DNA of 64,000 nt from Camelus ferus (lineage: Eukaryota), in contig NC_045713.1 of the NCBI RefSeq assembly GCF_009834535.1, positions 29,078,001-29,142,000 on the forward strand. Reading direction: 5' to 3'. Shown piece by piece: positions 1-11,940 of the stretch; positions within the stretch are counted from its first letter, which is position 1, and the number at the start of each line of letters is the position of its first letter. Position numbers and translations under genes: made by a program. Below the pieces are notes generated by a model, which did no database searches, was not told the origin of the DNA, and saw only the letters and a list, made by a program, of their open reading frames with translations.

Positions 1-127
1 ACTCCCCAGCCAAGCCTGGACACATCGGGCTCCACCAAACTCATCTGGTAAATATCGACGGCCAGGAACCGCTGGAGCATGCCGCCATCCTTGGTGATCA
101 CCGTGCATGCGATCAGGTCGCTGTTGT
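1..127 (-). CDS. CLEC16A: CLEC16A coding exon (exon 20 equivalent), truncated by the window edge, (N)NSDLIACTVITKDGGMLQRFLAVDIYQMSLVEPDVSRLGWG
   Basis: ctctgtccccctcctcccag|AC AAC AGC GAC CTG...; the frame continues the 49870-49990 exon and stays open to base 1. Confidence 0.97.
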
Positions 128-954
128 CTGGGAGGAGGGGGACAGAGAGCAGAGTGAGGTGCAGTCCGCTGTCCAGCCTGATGGAGACGCTCAAGCTGAC
201 TCATGTTCTGCCAGGTAGCACAGCTTAGTGTCGGTGCCCGGGCTGGGAGCCACACACACCCGGTCTGATACTCCTCCTCTGAGTTATGTTGGGCAATTTA
301 CTCTACCTCTCTGGGCTTCAGATTTCTCATCTGAAAAATGGGGCTAACGCCCATCCCATGTCAAAGCACTGCTTGTGAGGACTGACTGACAGAAAGCACA
401 TAAAGCATCAGTACAATGTTAACTTGCATATTAGGCACTGGTGAACTGCAGCTAAAAAAAACAACCAACAAACTGAGAATCCCAGTAACACTTAGGGCTT
501 CCCTGCAGGCCGTTGGTGGATGGGGCCTGAATTTAGTGAAGATGGGAAAGGAAGAGTCCCTTGATCGGTTATAGAATCACCAAATCCTCAGCTTGGTGTC
601 TGGCCACTTAGAGCTGAGCTCTACACTAGATGGTGTGTGATCCTGGGCAAAGCACTTGGCCCCTCTAAACCACGGCTTCCCATCTGTAAAATGGGAATAA
701 TGTCCCCTAGCTTGAGATGTTTGATGCATCCAATGAGAACAGACAGGTACAGCATTTAGCATGGCATCCTCAGCCTCCGCGTGGTCCCTTCTCTTACCTG
801 GAAGCTATTCCCAGATTTGATGTCTAATTCAGTGCCTGTCTTTGATAGCTCTGAAATCACCAGAGTAATACAGGACCATTAAATCTACGGTCTGCTTTGA
901 GTTCCCTCCCACGAGATCGTTGGCAGTCTGTTTTAAAAGAAAAGCTGAACTAAC

Positions 955-1250
955 CAGGAAACAACCTAAATGCCCCCAAATAGGGGAACCATTTGAGTAT
1001 GATTTTTTTCCCCAGCATATGGAAAATTATATACCCATTTAAAAATCATATTTAACCAAACTGTGAACTGTGGTTACCTTTGAGGAGGGAAGTGAGAACT
1101 GGGGGTGGGAAAGTGTGTGTGTATGTGTGTGAGGGAGTAACAACAGAACTTTAATTTTTGCCCTATATACCACTGTATTGTTTCAAATTATTTTAGAATG
1201 AGAAGGTATTCGAGATGTACTTCTGAAATGCATATTAAAAACCCAAGTAA
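955..1250 (+). mobile_element. Old L1ME-type 3' fragment
   Basis: acaacctaaatgcccccaaataggggaa...actgtggttacctttgagg...ccactgtattgtttcaaatt. Confidence 0.6.
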
Positions 1251-1451
1251 AAAATCCTATTTAGAATAACTGCTATGAGATTGGACAAGACATTATAATT
1301 TTAAAAGAAACAAGAGATTAAAAGCTTTACTACTATGATTTTGATATGTTTTAAAGAAAGTATCCCCACAAAGAAATAAAAGTGCAGAGAAATACACTAA
1401 AACATTAAAAGATGTCTCTGATTAGAAGAATGGTGGGCACATTTTTTCCTC

Positions 1452-1582
1452 TTAAACAGCTTTATTGAGGTATAATTTATATACCATAAAATTCACCCAT
1501 TTTAAGCGTACGGTTTGAGTTTTAGTAAATTTACAGCTGTGCATTGTGATATTCCCGTTGTAGAACACCTTCATCACCCCAA
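1452..1582 (-). mobile_element. Old L1MB/ME 3'-end fragment
   Basis: cagctttattgaggtataatttatataccataaaattcacccattttaag, the typical reverse-strand L1M terminus. Confidence 0.75.
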
Positions 1583-3244
1583 TACGTTCTGTAACCTAAA
1601 ACCTGGCTTCAATCTATTAGCAGTGGTGGTGGGAGGATGGTAACACAGACAGTAAAAATTCTGGCTCCAAACACATGTGATAAACGTGGACTCAGATGTT
1701 TGCCAAAGTCCCCCTCCTTCTATGTTTCCTTTTCATTTAGATCTAAGGTGCATTTCTCCTCTTCCCTCTCTTCTGCCTCCTCTCTCCCCCTGCCCCCCTC
1801 CTGCTCCAGCTCAGTTTAACCCCCTGAGAGCATAACCCATCTGGGATCCTGGCTTCACGGGATGTCTTCCGGTCCATCCTCTCAGCTCGGACAGGCCTTG
1901 TGTTTCTGTCTTTTCTCCCCAGCACAGCCAGACACCCCACGGCAAACACCAGCACCAGACAGGCCTGACTCTTGGGATTGCACGTTCTCATTATCTAGAG
2001 CAAGAAACTTTCTCCCTTTCCCAAAAGTCCAGCCAAGTATTTAAAAAGATTTCTAAAAATTACTTTATCCACAATCTTTAGTTCCATACAGAAGACATCT
2101 GGTCCTCTGCACTATCAGAAATGCAAGTCATCATACTCATTCTTACCAACATTTTCTTTGTGGTAGGCAGGGTTTATTTCCTTTATTCAATACTTAGAAA
2201 CTTGTTTCCCAATGAGAATCTTTTACTTTTTAAAGATAGAAAACTAATACAAGATGCCTTTTCTTTCCTTTTCCCCTCTTTCTCTTCCCCTCTCCCTGCA
2301 AACAGGACAACCTGGCTCTTCTTTTCCCACATTCCTCTGCGCATGAGGCCCGGGAAAAAGCGGGCACAGCCAAGGTGTTGGTGGCAGTGAGGTTTGTCGG
2401 CAGGCAACCCCCTCATAAAGCCCAGAGGCCTTAGGGGCTTCAGGAGGTAAAAAAGACCTACCACCTCCGCCGCAAAGAACAAAAAAGGAAGGACAAAACC
2501 CCAAAGCGGAACAACTTTCAGAAACGCAATTGAGACATCAAAGCCCCGTGAGAGATTTCATAAGAAAACTAAAAGGCAACCGTCACCAATGAGACAGGAC
2601 AGCTCTGAGAGGGAGGGAGCCCCTGGCTTTTCAGAAGCTGTGGGGGCAGTTAAGGAGAAATGAAGCGGCTTCTGCGGACTAAACAGAAGGGCTTCTGGGC
2701 ATCCTTTAGAGAGATCAAGGTAGGGCTGGTTGGGGTGACTCGAGTGTTTGTGGGTCTCTGGGGCGTCATCTTAGGAAATGCCTTCGCCACCTCGTCCCTC
2801 GCCTCGGCTGCTCCGCACGCTGGCTGTGGGCATTCCTGGCTGATGGAACTGACTCTGCCCACAATCTAAGTCCTGCTGCTGCTGCCTGCAAGCAGGCACC
2901 TGTGGACTTCACTCTGAGCCGGGGGGAGCCGTGCTGGGTACCGAGGTCCGGGAGGGATGCAGGCACGTGGGGAGGACTCCGCGGCAGGCAGCTGGGGTGT
3001 GTGGCAGCCTCATGAGCCTCCTTGCCTGCCTCTCAGGACTGGCCTGTGGCCAGCGGAGGCCAGTGGAAGTGACAGGTCACCTGTGTACTGGCGCTGTCCA
3101 AATCTCACAGCCCACCTGAGTCTCCTGCGCCCTTCCCCCACTAGCTTTATTTCAAAAGAGGTAAAACCTCGGACTCTTTTTAAAAAAATTTTGCAAAAAT
3201 TTATCAGGAAACGTAGGAGAATATTCACATAACTTCAGGGGCAG

Positions 3245-4180
3245 GGAAGGATTTCTTTTAACAAAAATAAGAATCAATATATAGAAATAAATAAATGTAA
3301 GATTGACAAACTGACTAGATCAAAATTAAAATTCAGCTCATGATACAAACAACTTTATAAACAGACTGGAGGAATATTTGCAAAGTATCTCTAAGAGGCA
3401 AAAGATGAATAAAGCAGCAGATATGAAGGACTCCCACAGCCCATTCACAGACAAGAGAACAGGGCCAGCTGACAGACGCACACATAGGGGCTCACCCTCA
3501 TGCTAAATCAGGAAGCAAACTAAAACAAGATAGCACCAGGGTGGCAAAAATAAAGATGCCTGATAATGTCAGGTATTGGTGAGGCCATAGGAAACCGGAC
3601 ATTCTCAAATGCTGCTAGTAGAATAAATTAACACAGCCATTTTGAAGGGCAAATTAGCATTATTTATTAAAACTGAAAGTTTCACACCGTATGACCCAGT
3701 TATTGGTATGTTCCCAGGAAAACACTGGTGTGGGCCAAAGACGGGAACAAGGATGCTGACGGCAGGATTTGGCTCTGAAATGACCCAAGTGTCCAGTAAG
3801 AAAAGGAAGCTCTTAAGTGTGCATTTATTCAGTGCAAAATCATAAGGCAATGATAAGGAATGAATGAGATCTCTAGCTATTTCAACATGGTTAATCTCAA
3901 GAACGTACTGTTCAATGGGAAAAGCTGTGGCATGACACATGCAGTAAGACACAATTTGTGTAGAATTAAACCACACAAAATGATACTGTATATTTTCTGT
4001 GGACTGGAGCATGTGTATGTAAAAGAAAAATTTAAGAAAACGTCTGGCAGGGTGCAGAGTGATTACCTCTTTGGAGGGGAGTGGGTGGGACTAGGGGTGC
4101 AGGGTCAGGTCATTTTAGTTTATATGCAATGTTCCGATTTTTCAAAGAGTTATGTTATTTGTGTACTTAAAATTAAATAA
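3245..4180 (+). mobile_element. Old L1ME fragment (degenerate ORF2 end and 3'UTR)
   Basis: attcagctcatgatacaaac..acagactggaggaatatttgca; acacagccattttgaagggcaaattagca; acatggttaatctcaagaac; ends aaattaaataaa. Boundaries are approximate. Confidence 0.7.
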
Positions 4181-5524
4181 AGAGAAAACTGACTCTCTTC
4201 CCACACTCGTATACACAGGGCCTCAGGTCTGTCTGGGGCCCAGGCAGGGTTGGGAAGCAGCTCCAGGCCCAGATGTCGGCCGTCCAACATTCCCTGAGCC
4301 TGAAGGCGGTGACGATCATCGAGGACAGGGCGATGGCAAGACACCAAGGGCTCTCTGACAGCACCTCTTGGTACACAGGTGTGCACGTTTCCAAAGCGGC
4401 CAGATGTGTGAGCTGAAGAGCTCTGGCGTCCAGTTCAACAAACATGTGGGTGTTAGACCCTGTACTAGGGAACCAGACCGTGAAGAATGAGGCCTGGCCT
4501 TGCCTAAGGGGCTCAAGGGCCGGCAGGGATGCTCGGACTGGGGACCATACAACATCATGTAGACCAAGCCTCCACTTGGGGAGGGACGAACCCTACGGGC
4601 AGAGCAGGTGGGATGCCAGATGCTTCATCTCACCCCAAGACCATGAAGGTGCTCTGTGCCCCCTAGCAGAACCTCACTCCAGGGAGAGGGGACATGTTCC
4701 TCCTACTGCCAGGCACTGCCTTTCATTTACTTGACAGGGGGGGAGATTTGCCATTTTATGTTATTTACAAATACTAAGCTCATCAATCTCTTTGAATAGA
4801 AAACACATTCTTATGTTCCCGTTTACAAAGGTGTTAAATTTTCTACAGCGGGTGGTAAATCTCCCGTCCCCCGCCCCAGAGGCAACCACTACTGATTTCT
4901 TGTTATCCGACCCCTGTGCGTTTCCAAGTGTACATGTAGCTACATCCTCGCCGCCTGGCCTTTCGCAAATGGTAGCATGCCATGCCACACACTCCCTCCG
5001 CGTTGTGCTTTTGCCATTGAAGCACGCATCTTGGTGACACAGCAGCACCCATAGACTAACACCTCACCTTTTTTCACAGCTGCGTTCTCTCCCGCTGTAG
5101 GCATGACTCTGGATGCTCTGACAGCTCCCCAGCTGATGGCCATGTGGGTAGCTTATAAGCTTTTGCTACAGCAAAGGAGCATCCTTATTCATATGAGCAT
5201 GGGAGGGTAAATCTATAGCAGAAAGTAGAACTTGTGTTTGATTTTTCTCTTGAAAGCACCTGTGGTGTTCCTAAAATACATTTATTTTAAAGGGAAACTT
5301 CATATCATTACCATGAGTGGAAAACTAGAGTTAATTACAATAAATAAGGCGACCATGAAAATAGATTAAGAAGACCCTTTTTAAAATTATAGCCTAAAGA
5401 CTATTCTTTTGATAAAAAGGGAGTTCCAAGAGTTAGAGAAGTTCTAAGACAAACTAATAGCGATCTGAGACCTTCTCCCTGATTGTAACAGAAAGGACCT
5501 GAGGGGCACTGAAATGGATTTTCT

Positions 5525-5970
5525 TGTGGACTATACTTTCCAAAGACGGCCAGGGCAGTATCTCCCACCCTACATGCTCTTACAGTGTGACCTTGACCTG
5601 CCTCCCATCAAGTGGTGGCATCTATGTCCTTTCTCCTTGAACTTGGGGGGGGGGCCTTCTGTGACTGCCTAGACCAACAGAGTACACTGGAGGTGATCCC
5701 GTATGATTTCTGAGGCAAGGTCATAAAGAGGCTCTTGGAACCTCCCCACCACGCTGTGAGGAAGCCCAAGCAGCCATGAGACACCGACTGGAGAAACCAA
5801 GGCCCCAGGCCCACAGCCCCCAGCTCCCAGCTGATGCCATGTGGAGCAGAGATGAGCGAGTCCCACTGAGCCCTGGGCAAATTACAGAACCGTGAGCAAA
5901 ATGAATGACTGCAGTTGCTTTAAGCCATTGAATTTTAAGGCAGATTGTTACTCAGCAACAGATGATGGCA
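5525..5970 (+). mobile_element. MLT1 (F/G/H-like) ERVL-MaLR solo LTR, old
   Basis: Starts tgtggactatactttccaaagacggcc, has the internal gctgtgaggaagcccaagcagcc motif, and ends ...gctttaagccattgaatttt...gttactcagcaacagat. Confidence 0.8.
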
Positions 5971-7795
5971 GCTGTGACTTACTGTAATTTAGTGCTGTAC
6001 CCAGGCACGCTTAAAATTCTAAAACTCTTCCAGCACTACCAAGGGGCTGCACACCACATTGTGGAAGACCAGCCTGGAGAAACAGCCCAGGGCTGCTGAC
6101 TTGGGATGCGTAAAAAGGTCCTGCAGTGTTCAGCAGAATGAAGGGAAAGGAGTGTAGTCATTTCCAACAGAAGTTTAAGTTGTTGGGAGAGAGGAGAGGA
6201 AAGGAAAGGAAAAAACACGAAAGAGCCCCCTTGCCATGAAGTTCAGAATCAGGGCAATGTGGCCGGGTGAAAACAGCATAGGTTTTGGAGCCACACAGAC
6301 CTGGGTTTAAATCTCAGCTCTGCCACTAAAAGCTGTGTGGCCCCAGGCAAGCCTCCTCCCTCTTTGTGGCTCAGGTTACTTATAACCCACCTCAGGACCG
6401 AGCGCCTGGGGCCACGCCCAGCACCCATCCCCATTATGAGCGTGGGCCTGGTCCTCAGCAGCAGTGGTTGTTGCCTGGAAGCGCCCTGACTCTCTGGCCT
6501 GCCTGCGGTAAAGTCACACTTGCTGGATGCTGGCTCTAGACTAAGCGAGGCTCTTCAGAGGGAGAAAATGAATCATGGTTTTCGGTTCTCAGAACTCCTG
6601 TGGGGTGATGGGCCCTCGCCCGTGGTTGCCCCACCCACCCAGTCACTCTCCACCACATCTACCCACCTGAGCCCGCTACCGCACCCCACTGCCTGTCAGT
6701 CTCCAATGATCCCTTTTACTCCTTCCTGCCTGGTCCCCTTTGTGGGCTGCAGGCCCCACGAAGGCAGGACTTGACCTGTCCCATTCACTGCTGCACCCCC
6801 AGGAGGGGACTGGGCAGTGGCAGGTGCTGGAGAAGTATTTATCCACTGGATGGAGGAATGCTAACATCTTCTGGTCCTCCAGTTTTGAAGGCAAAGGCCT
6901 TCCCTTCTCAACAGCTGTCTTTTTAGCCCCTGGGCTGAAGCCTTCCTCCACAGCTCCCTCTGACAGGCCGTAGCTCATTACTGAGCAATAAATGGGGCTG
7001 ATTGACTTTTGCTGTATTTAAATAATCCCTCCCTGGTAAAATATGGATGCCAATACCATAATTTAATTCTTGGCGTTGGTGCCTCCAAATACATTTAGAA
7101 TTGAAGCCTTTATCCTTACGGTGGGATTTCCAGGCTAGCTGAATTCCAGCGCTTTGAAATCCAATGCCCTGGGCTTTAGGGCCAATTCTTGGAACACCAT
7201 CACAGCTTGAGTTTAGATTACTGACTCTGTAAACACTACCAAGTCTTTCAGGCACGTGTTGTTAATCAGAGGTCTGGAAGGGCGGGGAAGGAGGTACAAA
7301 TTCCTTGAGAAAGGCAGACTCACCCTGGGATTCCAAAGATAATCAGCCCACAGGGAAAGTTCATAGCCAACAGGACAGCGGGATTTCCTTTGTGAGCAGA
7401 AAGGCACGTGACTCCTTTTGCAAGGAATGCGTGGTCCTGGCCCCTGTACGGGTTCTAGAGCAGACTGGGGTTCTCTTCCAGATCTGCAGGTATGCCGGGG
7501 ATCAGTGAGGAAGAAACCGCAGTGGCCTGTGGGCTCTTGCAGGGCGAGCTGAGGGGATCGCTGACTTGCCCTGGAGTTGGTGGCTGCGTCTGCTGGGAAT
7601 TCCATGCCATTCATGAGTTTTGGTCCTCTAAAGCCATGTGCTGAAAGACTGTCAGGGCTGAGTCTTTGGAGAGGGGCACCCCCATCCCCTGCCTCCAGCA
7701 GTTCTATGACGCTGCTGACACCACGACCAGCCTTTATCGAGTGCTCCTGTGGACCAGGTGCTGAGCTCCAATTTGACAAGTTTCCGGGATCCTAG

Positions 7796-8430
7796 TGAGA
7801 CAGGAGGGAAGGCGTAGGGCACAGCCACTCAAGGAATGACAGCAATTTAACACTAAAATGGTGGGAGATTCAACTCCTAGTTGGCCTTGAGGATTAAGAG
7901 GTTTGACTTCTAGGAGACCTTGAGCTTCATTATGTGCTCATTGTAACAGCCTGATAAATAACATGCCCGCAGGCGCCATGACAGCCCCAAGGCTAACCGC
8001 AAAAGGCCAAAGAATGGGCGGGGGCCCGATCCCTGGAAATCCCAGCCCCTTCCCCAGGGCAGTTGGAATGGTCCCACCTGTAGGCCTGTGAAGCTACTGA
8101 GCTCACAAAAACTGACAACACCACGCCTAGTGGCCTTTTCCACTCCCTCCTCTTCTGAGACGGCCTGCACTCTGTCTGTGGAGTGTGTACCTACTTTTAC
8201 TTTAACCTGAGCACCCAATTCCCACACCTCTTTCCTTGCCTTTCTTTTGCCTTACACTCTATGCAGTATAAATCTCTCTAAATAAACCTACCTTTACTCA
8301 ACGGTGGCTCGCACTTGAACTCTTTCCTGTGCAAAGCCAAGGACCCACACTTGGCAGGGCACATCCCGGGGGCTCAACCAAGACCTGGGACACGGCCCTC
8401 TTCACGCTCCCCATCCATTTTCCTGCATCA
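7796..8430 (+). mobile_element. ERV class I solo LTR, 635 bp
   Basis: TG...CA termini (tgagacagg...cctgcatca), a perfect 4-bp TSD CTAG (7792-7795 and 8431-8434), and AATAAA at 8281-8286 followed by a U5-like segment. Confidence 0.88.
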
Positions 8431-9456
8431 CTAGGAGGTGGGTTCACTGATTCCCGAGGACACAGGTACAGGATGTCGGGTAACACCCCCAAGGACACAC
8501 AACTGATGCAAATGAAGTGGTGAGCTATGAAGCCAGAGCAAACATAACACCCTGTTTCCCTTAGAAAAAGGGGCATTTGCGATTCAGGATAGCTCTCAAG
8601 GGTGGAGGATGCTGACTGGGTCCGGGAGGGGGACAGTCAAATGACAGCAGGCAGGCCCCAGGGGCTGACAGTATGAAGCTGCCGTGTGCCCCTGGGCTGC
8701 CCTTGGTGAGGTCCTCCTTCACCAGGCATTCAGTGGCTCCTTCCAGGGGTAGTTCCTGGTCCTCCCCTTTCTGCCATGCTGGGTACCTGCCGCTCCCGGG
8801 GTTCAGGTACAGTGGGAGCAAAATGGGCTGAGCCCCAGACCCTTGGAGCCTTGAGACTAGTGGCCAGATGGCCACCCTTTGAGACACAGAAGGTACTGTG
8901 GCACTGAATTCAGCTTTGACAGTGACTCCAGGGAAAGCCAGCCTCACGTGGCTCTCTGATGATGGAATGTAGCCGAGGGGAGCGGCCTTAGCTGACCAGT
9001 AATGCATGGCTAGGAAGCGACTGATGAATCATCGGGCCTCAGTTGGCTCTCTGGGGGGGTCTGGAGGGAGGAGGCAGGCACTGGGGGTACAAGGCAGTCA
9101 TTCAGATGCCCAGTGGGAAAGTGGAATCCATCTCCCAAACGTCACCAATCTATCAACATCCAGTACAAAACTGAAAACTATAGCCATTCTGGGGCACAAG
9201 AAAGTTACACACGTTTCCTGGGGAGCTACTCTGAGTGCCAAGGAAAGGAAGTCTTGCGCTGATTCAAACGTAGTCCAGCAGAGCTGGGGCGACAGGGAAT
9301 CAGGCCCTGGTTAATTCTTCAGACCCACCCAAGGTGAATGATCCCGTATGGGTGACACCCAAACCTCAAGCCTGATTAACACCAAGGGGAGACTCCATGC
9401 ACGGCCCATGACGTTCTGAAGCCAAAACGAGAAAGAGATCTGACTGTTCCCACTAA

Positions 9457-9604
9457 NNNNNNNNNNNNNNNNNNNNNNNNNNNNNNNNNNNNNNNNNNNN
9501 NNNNNNNNNNNNNNNNNNNNNNNNNNNNNNNNNNNNNNNNNNNNNNNNNNNNNNNNNNNNNNNNNNNNNNNNNNNNNNNNNNNNNNNNNNNNNNNNNNNN
9601 NNNN
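9457..9604. other. Assembly gap (148 N)
   Basis: Run of N. Confidence 1.
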
Positions 9605-10320
9605 CTTTGAAGCTCCCTAAAGCCTTCCTTCCCAGCACAGCACGGCACGGGGCAGTTGTAAAGTGCGATATTTCCTGGATGGAGAGCAGGTCTTGGCAAT
9701 TTCGATTGCCAGGCATATGAGTCTGGTCCCTCCAAGAATGCAGGGAAGAAGGTACTGGTGTTCCTCAGGTTTGCAAGGGGGTGCAGCAATTAGGGATGCA
9801 GGTATTAGGATATGTGCTGAGATGCAATCACCCAGGGAAAGGGTGACCCAGTGCTGGGTTCTGATATTTCATCCATGATCCAGGGCTACCCCAACCCACA
9901 CTGATGACCTGGCCTTCAGCCTCCGCTCCACCCGCTCCTCCCCCAAGAAACACTATGGAGAGAACTGCCGAGGCTCTCCAGCTCTGCTCCCCCTCATAAC
10001 CACAGCTCTACAGGGAGGGGCAGCTGCAGGGAACAGTCAGGAGCCAGGCATCGGGGCTGGCGGTCTGCAGAGGAGTCCTGCCTCTGCCACTTTCTAGCTG
10101 TGTTGACCCTGAGCTCGTGGCTTCGCTTTGGGTGCCTCATCTGTAGGCCAGGGTAATAAAATGACTTTATTGCTCACCTTCAATGATATGCATGCTGATG
10201 GTTTTAGGGAGGTGGGTACCGATGTCCGCAGTTAACTTTGAAAAAAAAAAAAAAAAGAAAGAAAGGAAAGAAAAGATGGACTGATGGCTGAATAAGAGTA
10301 GATATGTGATACAAGAAGTA

Positions 10321-10628
10321 CAGTTGATCTTTGAACAACAAGGGAGTTAGGGGCGCTGACCTCTTGTGCCGTTGAAAATTCACAGACCGCTCTCTCCGCC
10401 TCAAAAACAAAGGCACTGATAAATGACTCACCCAAGGGCAGGACGCTGAAACACTCTGGACAGAATCAGGACTTAAATCCTATTTCTTTTGATTCCACAT
10501 ACTGTGATCTCTAATCTAACACAAACTTTCCCCCACACTTAGTTAATTTAAAGACCTGTAAAATGAAAATACAGGTCCTATACTGAAAAAAACCCATGTA
10601 TAAGTGGACCCACGCAGTTCAAGGGTCA
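10321..10628. mobile_element. Tigger2/MER8-like TcMar element, interrupted
   Basis: ta|cagttgatctttgaacaacaagggagttaggggcgctgacc at the left end; gtataagtggacccacgcagttcaagggtca at the right end. Confidence 0.7.
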
Positions 10629-10977
10629 GAGATCTAGTACATTGTTAGTGGTGGAACGTGACTGTTAGTGGTAGAATGTGGATGGTGGGTACAAGGGGTG
10701 TTCTTGCACCAGTCAACTTGGTTGTATGCTTGAAATTTTTCAAAAGGAAACGTTGGGGGAAAAACTGACCTCCAAGGGTTGTTGTGAAAGTCACACAAGT
10801 ATGCGGAAGTGTGTGTGACAACTTGGGGCTGTGCAATCAAAGGTTTTTATTAATTCTCATTACGAAAATCTATTTGGTTCCCGAGTTTGAAGAGTAAGAA
10901 TTTAATAGGAAGAGTTTGGATGTGAGTGGTGTGCTGTCCTGAGTGTTCTTTGTAGCATCTCTTAAACTTGTAAAATC

Positions 10978-11070
10978 TTTTTTTATTTTTTCAGTGGAGG
11001 TACGGGGGATTGAACCCAGGACCTTGAGTATGCTAAGCACGTGCTCTACCACTGAGCTATATCCACCCTC
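10978..11070 (-). mobile_element. tRNA-Ala-derived SINE (camelid vic-1 type), copy 1
   Basis: Minus strand: gagggtggataTAGCTCAGTGGtagagcacgtgcttagcatactcaaggtcctgGGTTCAATCCCccgtacctccac plus A tail; A and B boxes intact. Confidence 0.88.
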
Positions 11071-11439
11071 TAACATTTTAGAATCTTAAGGTCACCCAGT
11101 GGATTCCAGGGCCACCAAGGATACTACATCAATGCTCACTTTATTGACATGGCTGGATAAGTCTGTCATTTGCTCATTTGGCAATTATTCAAGTAGTTAC
11201 TGTGTGATGGTTGGTGTCTTGGTAACTGTTAAAAGACCCAGGAGCAATAACTAACTGATGGGAGGGCCCTGGTGCCATTTTCAAGGCCAGACACCCAGTC
11301 CCCAGTGCCCACAGACTGGGGACAGTGCTCTGCTGGGGCTCAGTTCTACCTGCTTCCAGAGGATGGTTTTTCTCTTGCTTGAAATGCACATGCCATGTTT
11401 AGTAAACTAACGTGACTGATTTTCACAAAGCGGCCAAGA

Positions 11440-11940
11440 ACATCTGTCACATGACTTCATCTTTCCCCCCTGGGAGATTTCAAGAACCTCTCTTCTTGGG
11501 AGAACAAAGAGTGAGGATTTGACTTTTCTTGTTCCCACATGTCGGGACATGTGTGGGGCAGCTCCCTCTGACTGCTCGAGTGTACTTGCAAGTGCTTTAT
11601 TCCTTGTTCCTTCTTTGCACTAAACAAAGTTCACAGACAGACAACTCAGCGAAAACGTAATTACCAGAAACAGAATCCAAATGAGCAGCAATTCCAAGTA
11701 GAGCATGGCACGTTCCCTTATCAAGCGACCCGCAGCCTGCCACCAGCGGCATGGTGGTGATCTGATCTGTATAACACATTGGCGACCACACTTATCTCGA
11801 CACTCACGCTCCAGAATGCCACATTTGCATAGTATGTTGTGTAATTTCCTCTCAGCAAATGGCCCTGTTTAGCATGAGTAAATAAAGTTACCTAACTCGG
11901 AGGCAGCCCAATGGAATACTTGAGATTTCCAAGAAAAGAT
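11440..11940. promoter_or_regulatory. Candidate haematopoietic/B-cell enhancer
   Basis: GTCACATGAC 11446, CCCCCTGGGA 11466, CTTATCA 11717, GACCACA 11784, CTTATCT 11791, ATTTGCAT 11823, ATTTCCTCT 11844, TTCCAAGAA 11927. Confidence 0.45.

Noticed and set aside
4150-4470. Overlapping ORFs with coding-like composition next to an AATAAA, a possible processed pseudogene
   Set aside because: No frame resembles a protein I recognise, the AATAAA belongs to the end of the upstream L1ME, and there is no TSD or poly(A).
7213-7779. Longest ORF (188 aa, minus strand) beside the ERV LTR, a possible gag/env remnant
   Set aside because: No retroviral motifs, and the matching CTAG TSD on both sides shows the LTR is solo, so the flank is host DNA.
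8267-8272. TATAAA in the ERV LTR as a promoter TATA box
   Set aside because: It lies only 14 bp before the AATAAA, in the R-region position; it is more likely a mutated tgtgta motif than the U3 TATA.
10978-11070. Apparent tRNA-Ala genes (also 15044, 40879, 54163)
   Set aside because: They lack a complete acceptor stem, carry A-rich tails and in two cases clear TSDs; they are SINEs, not tRNA genes.
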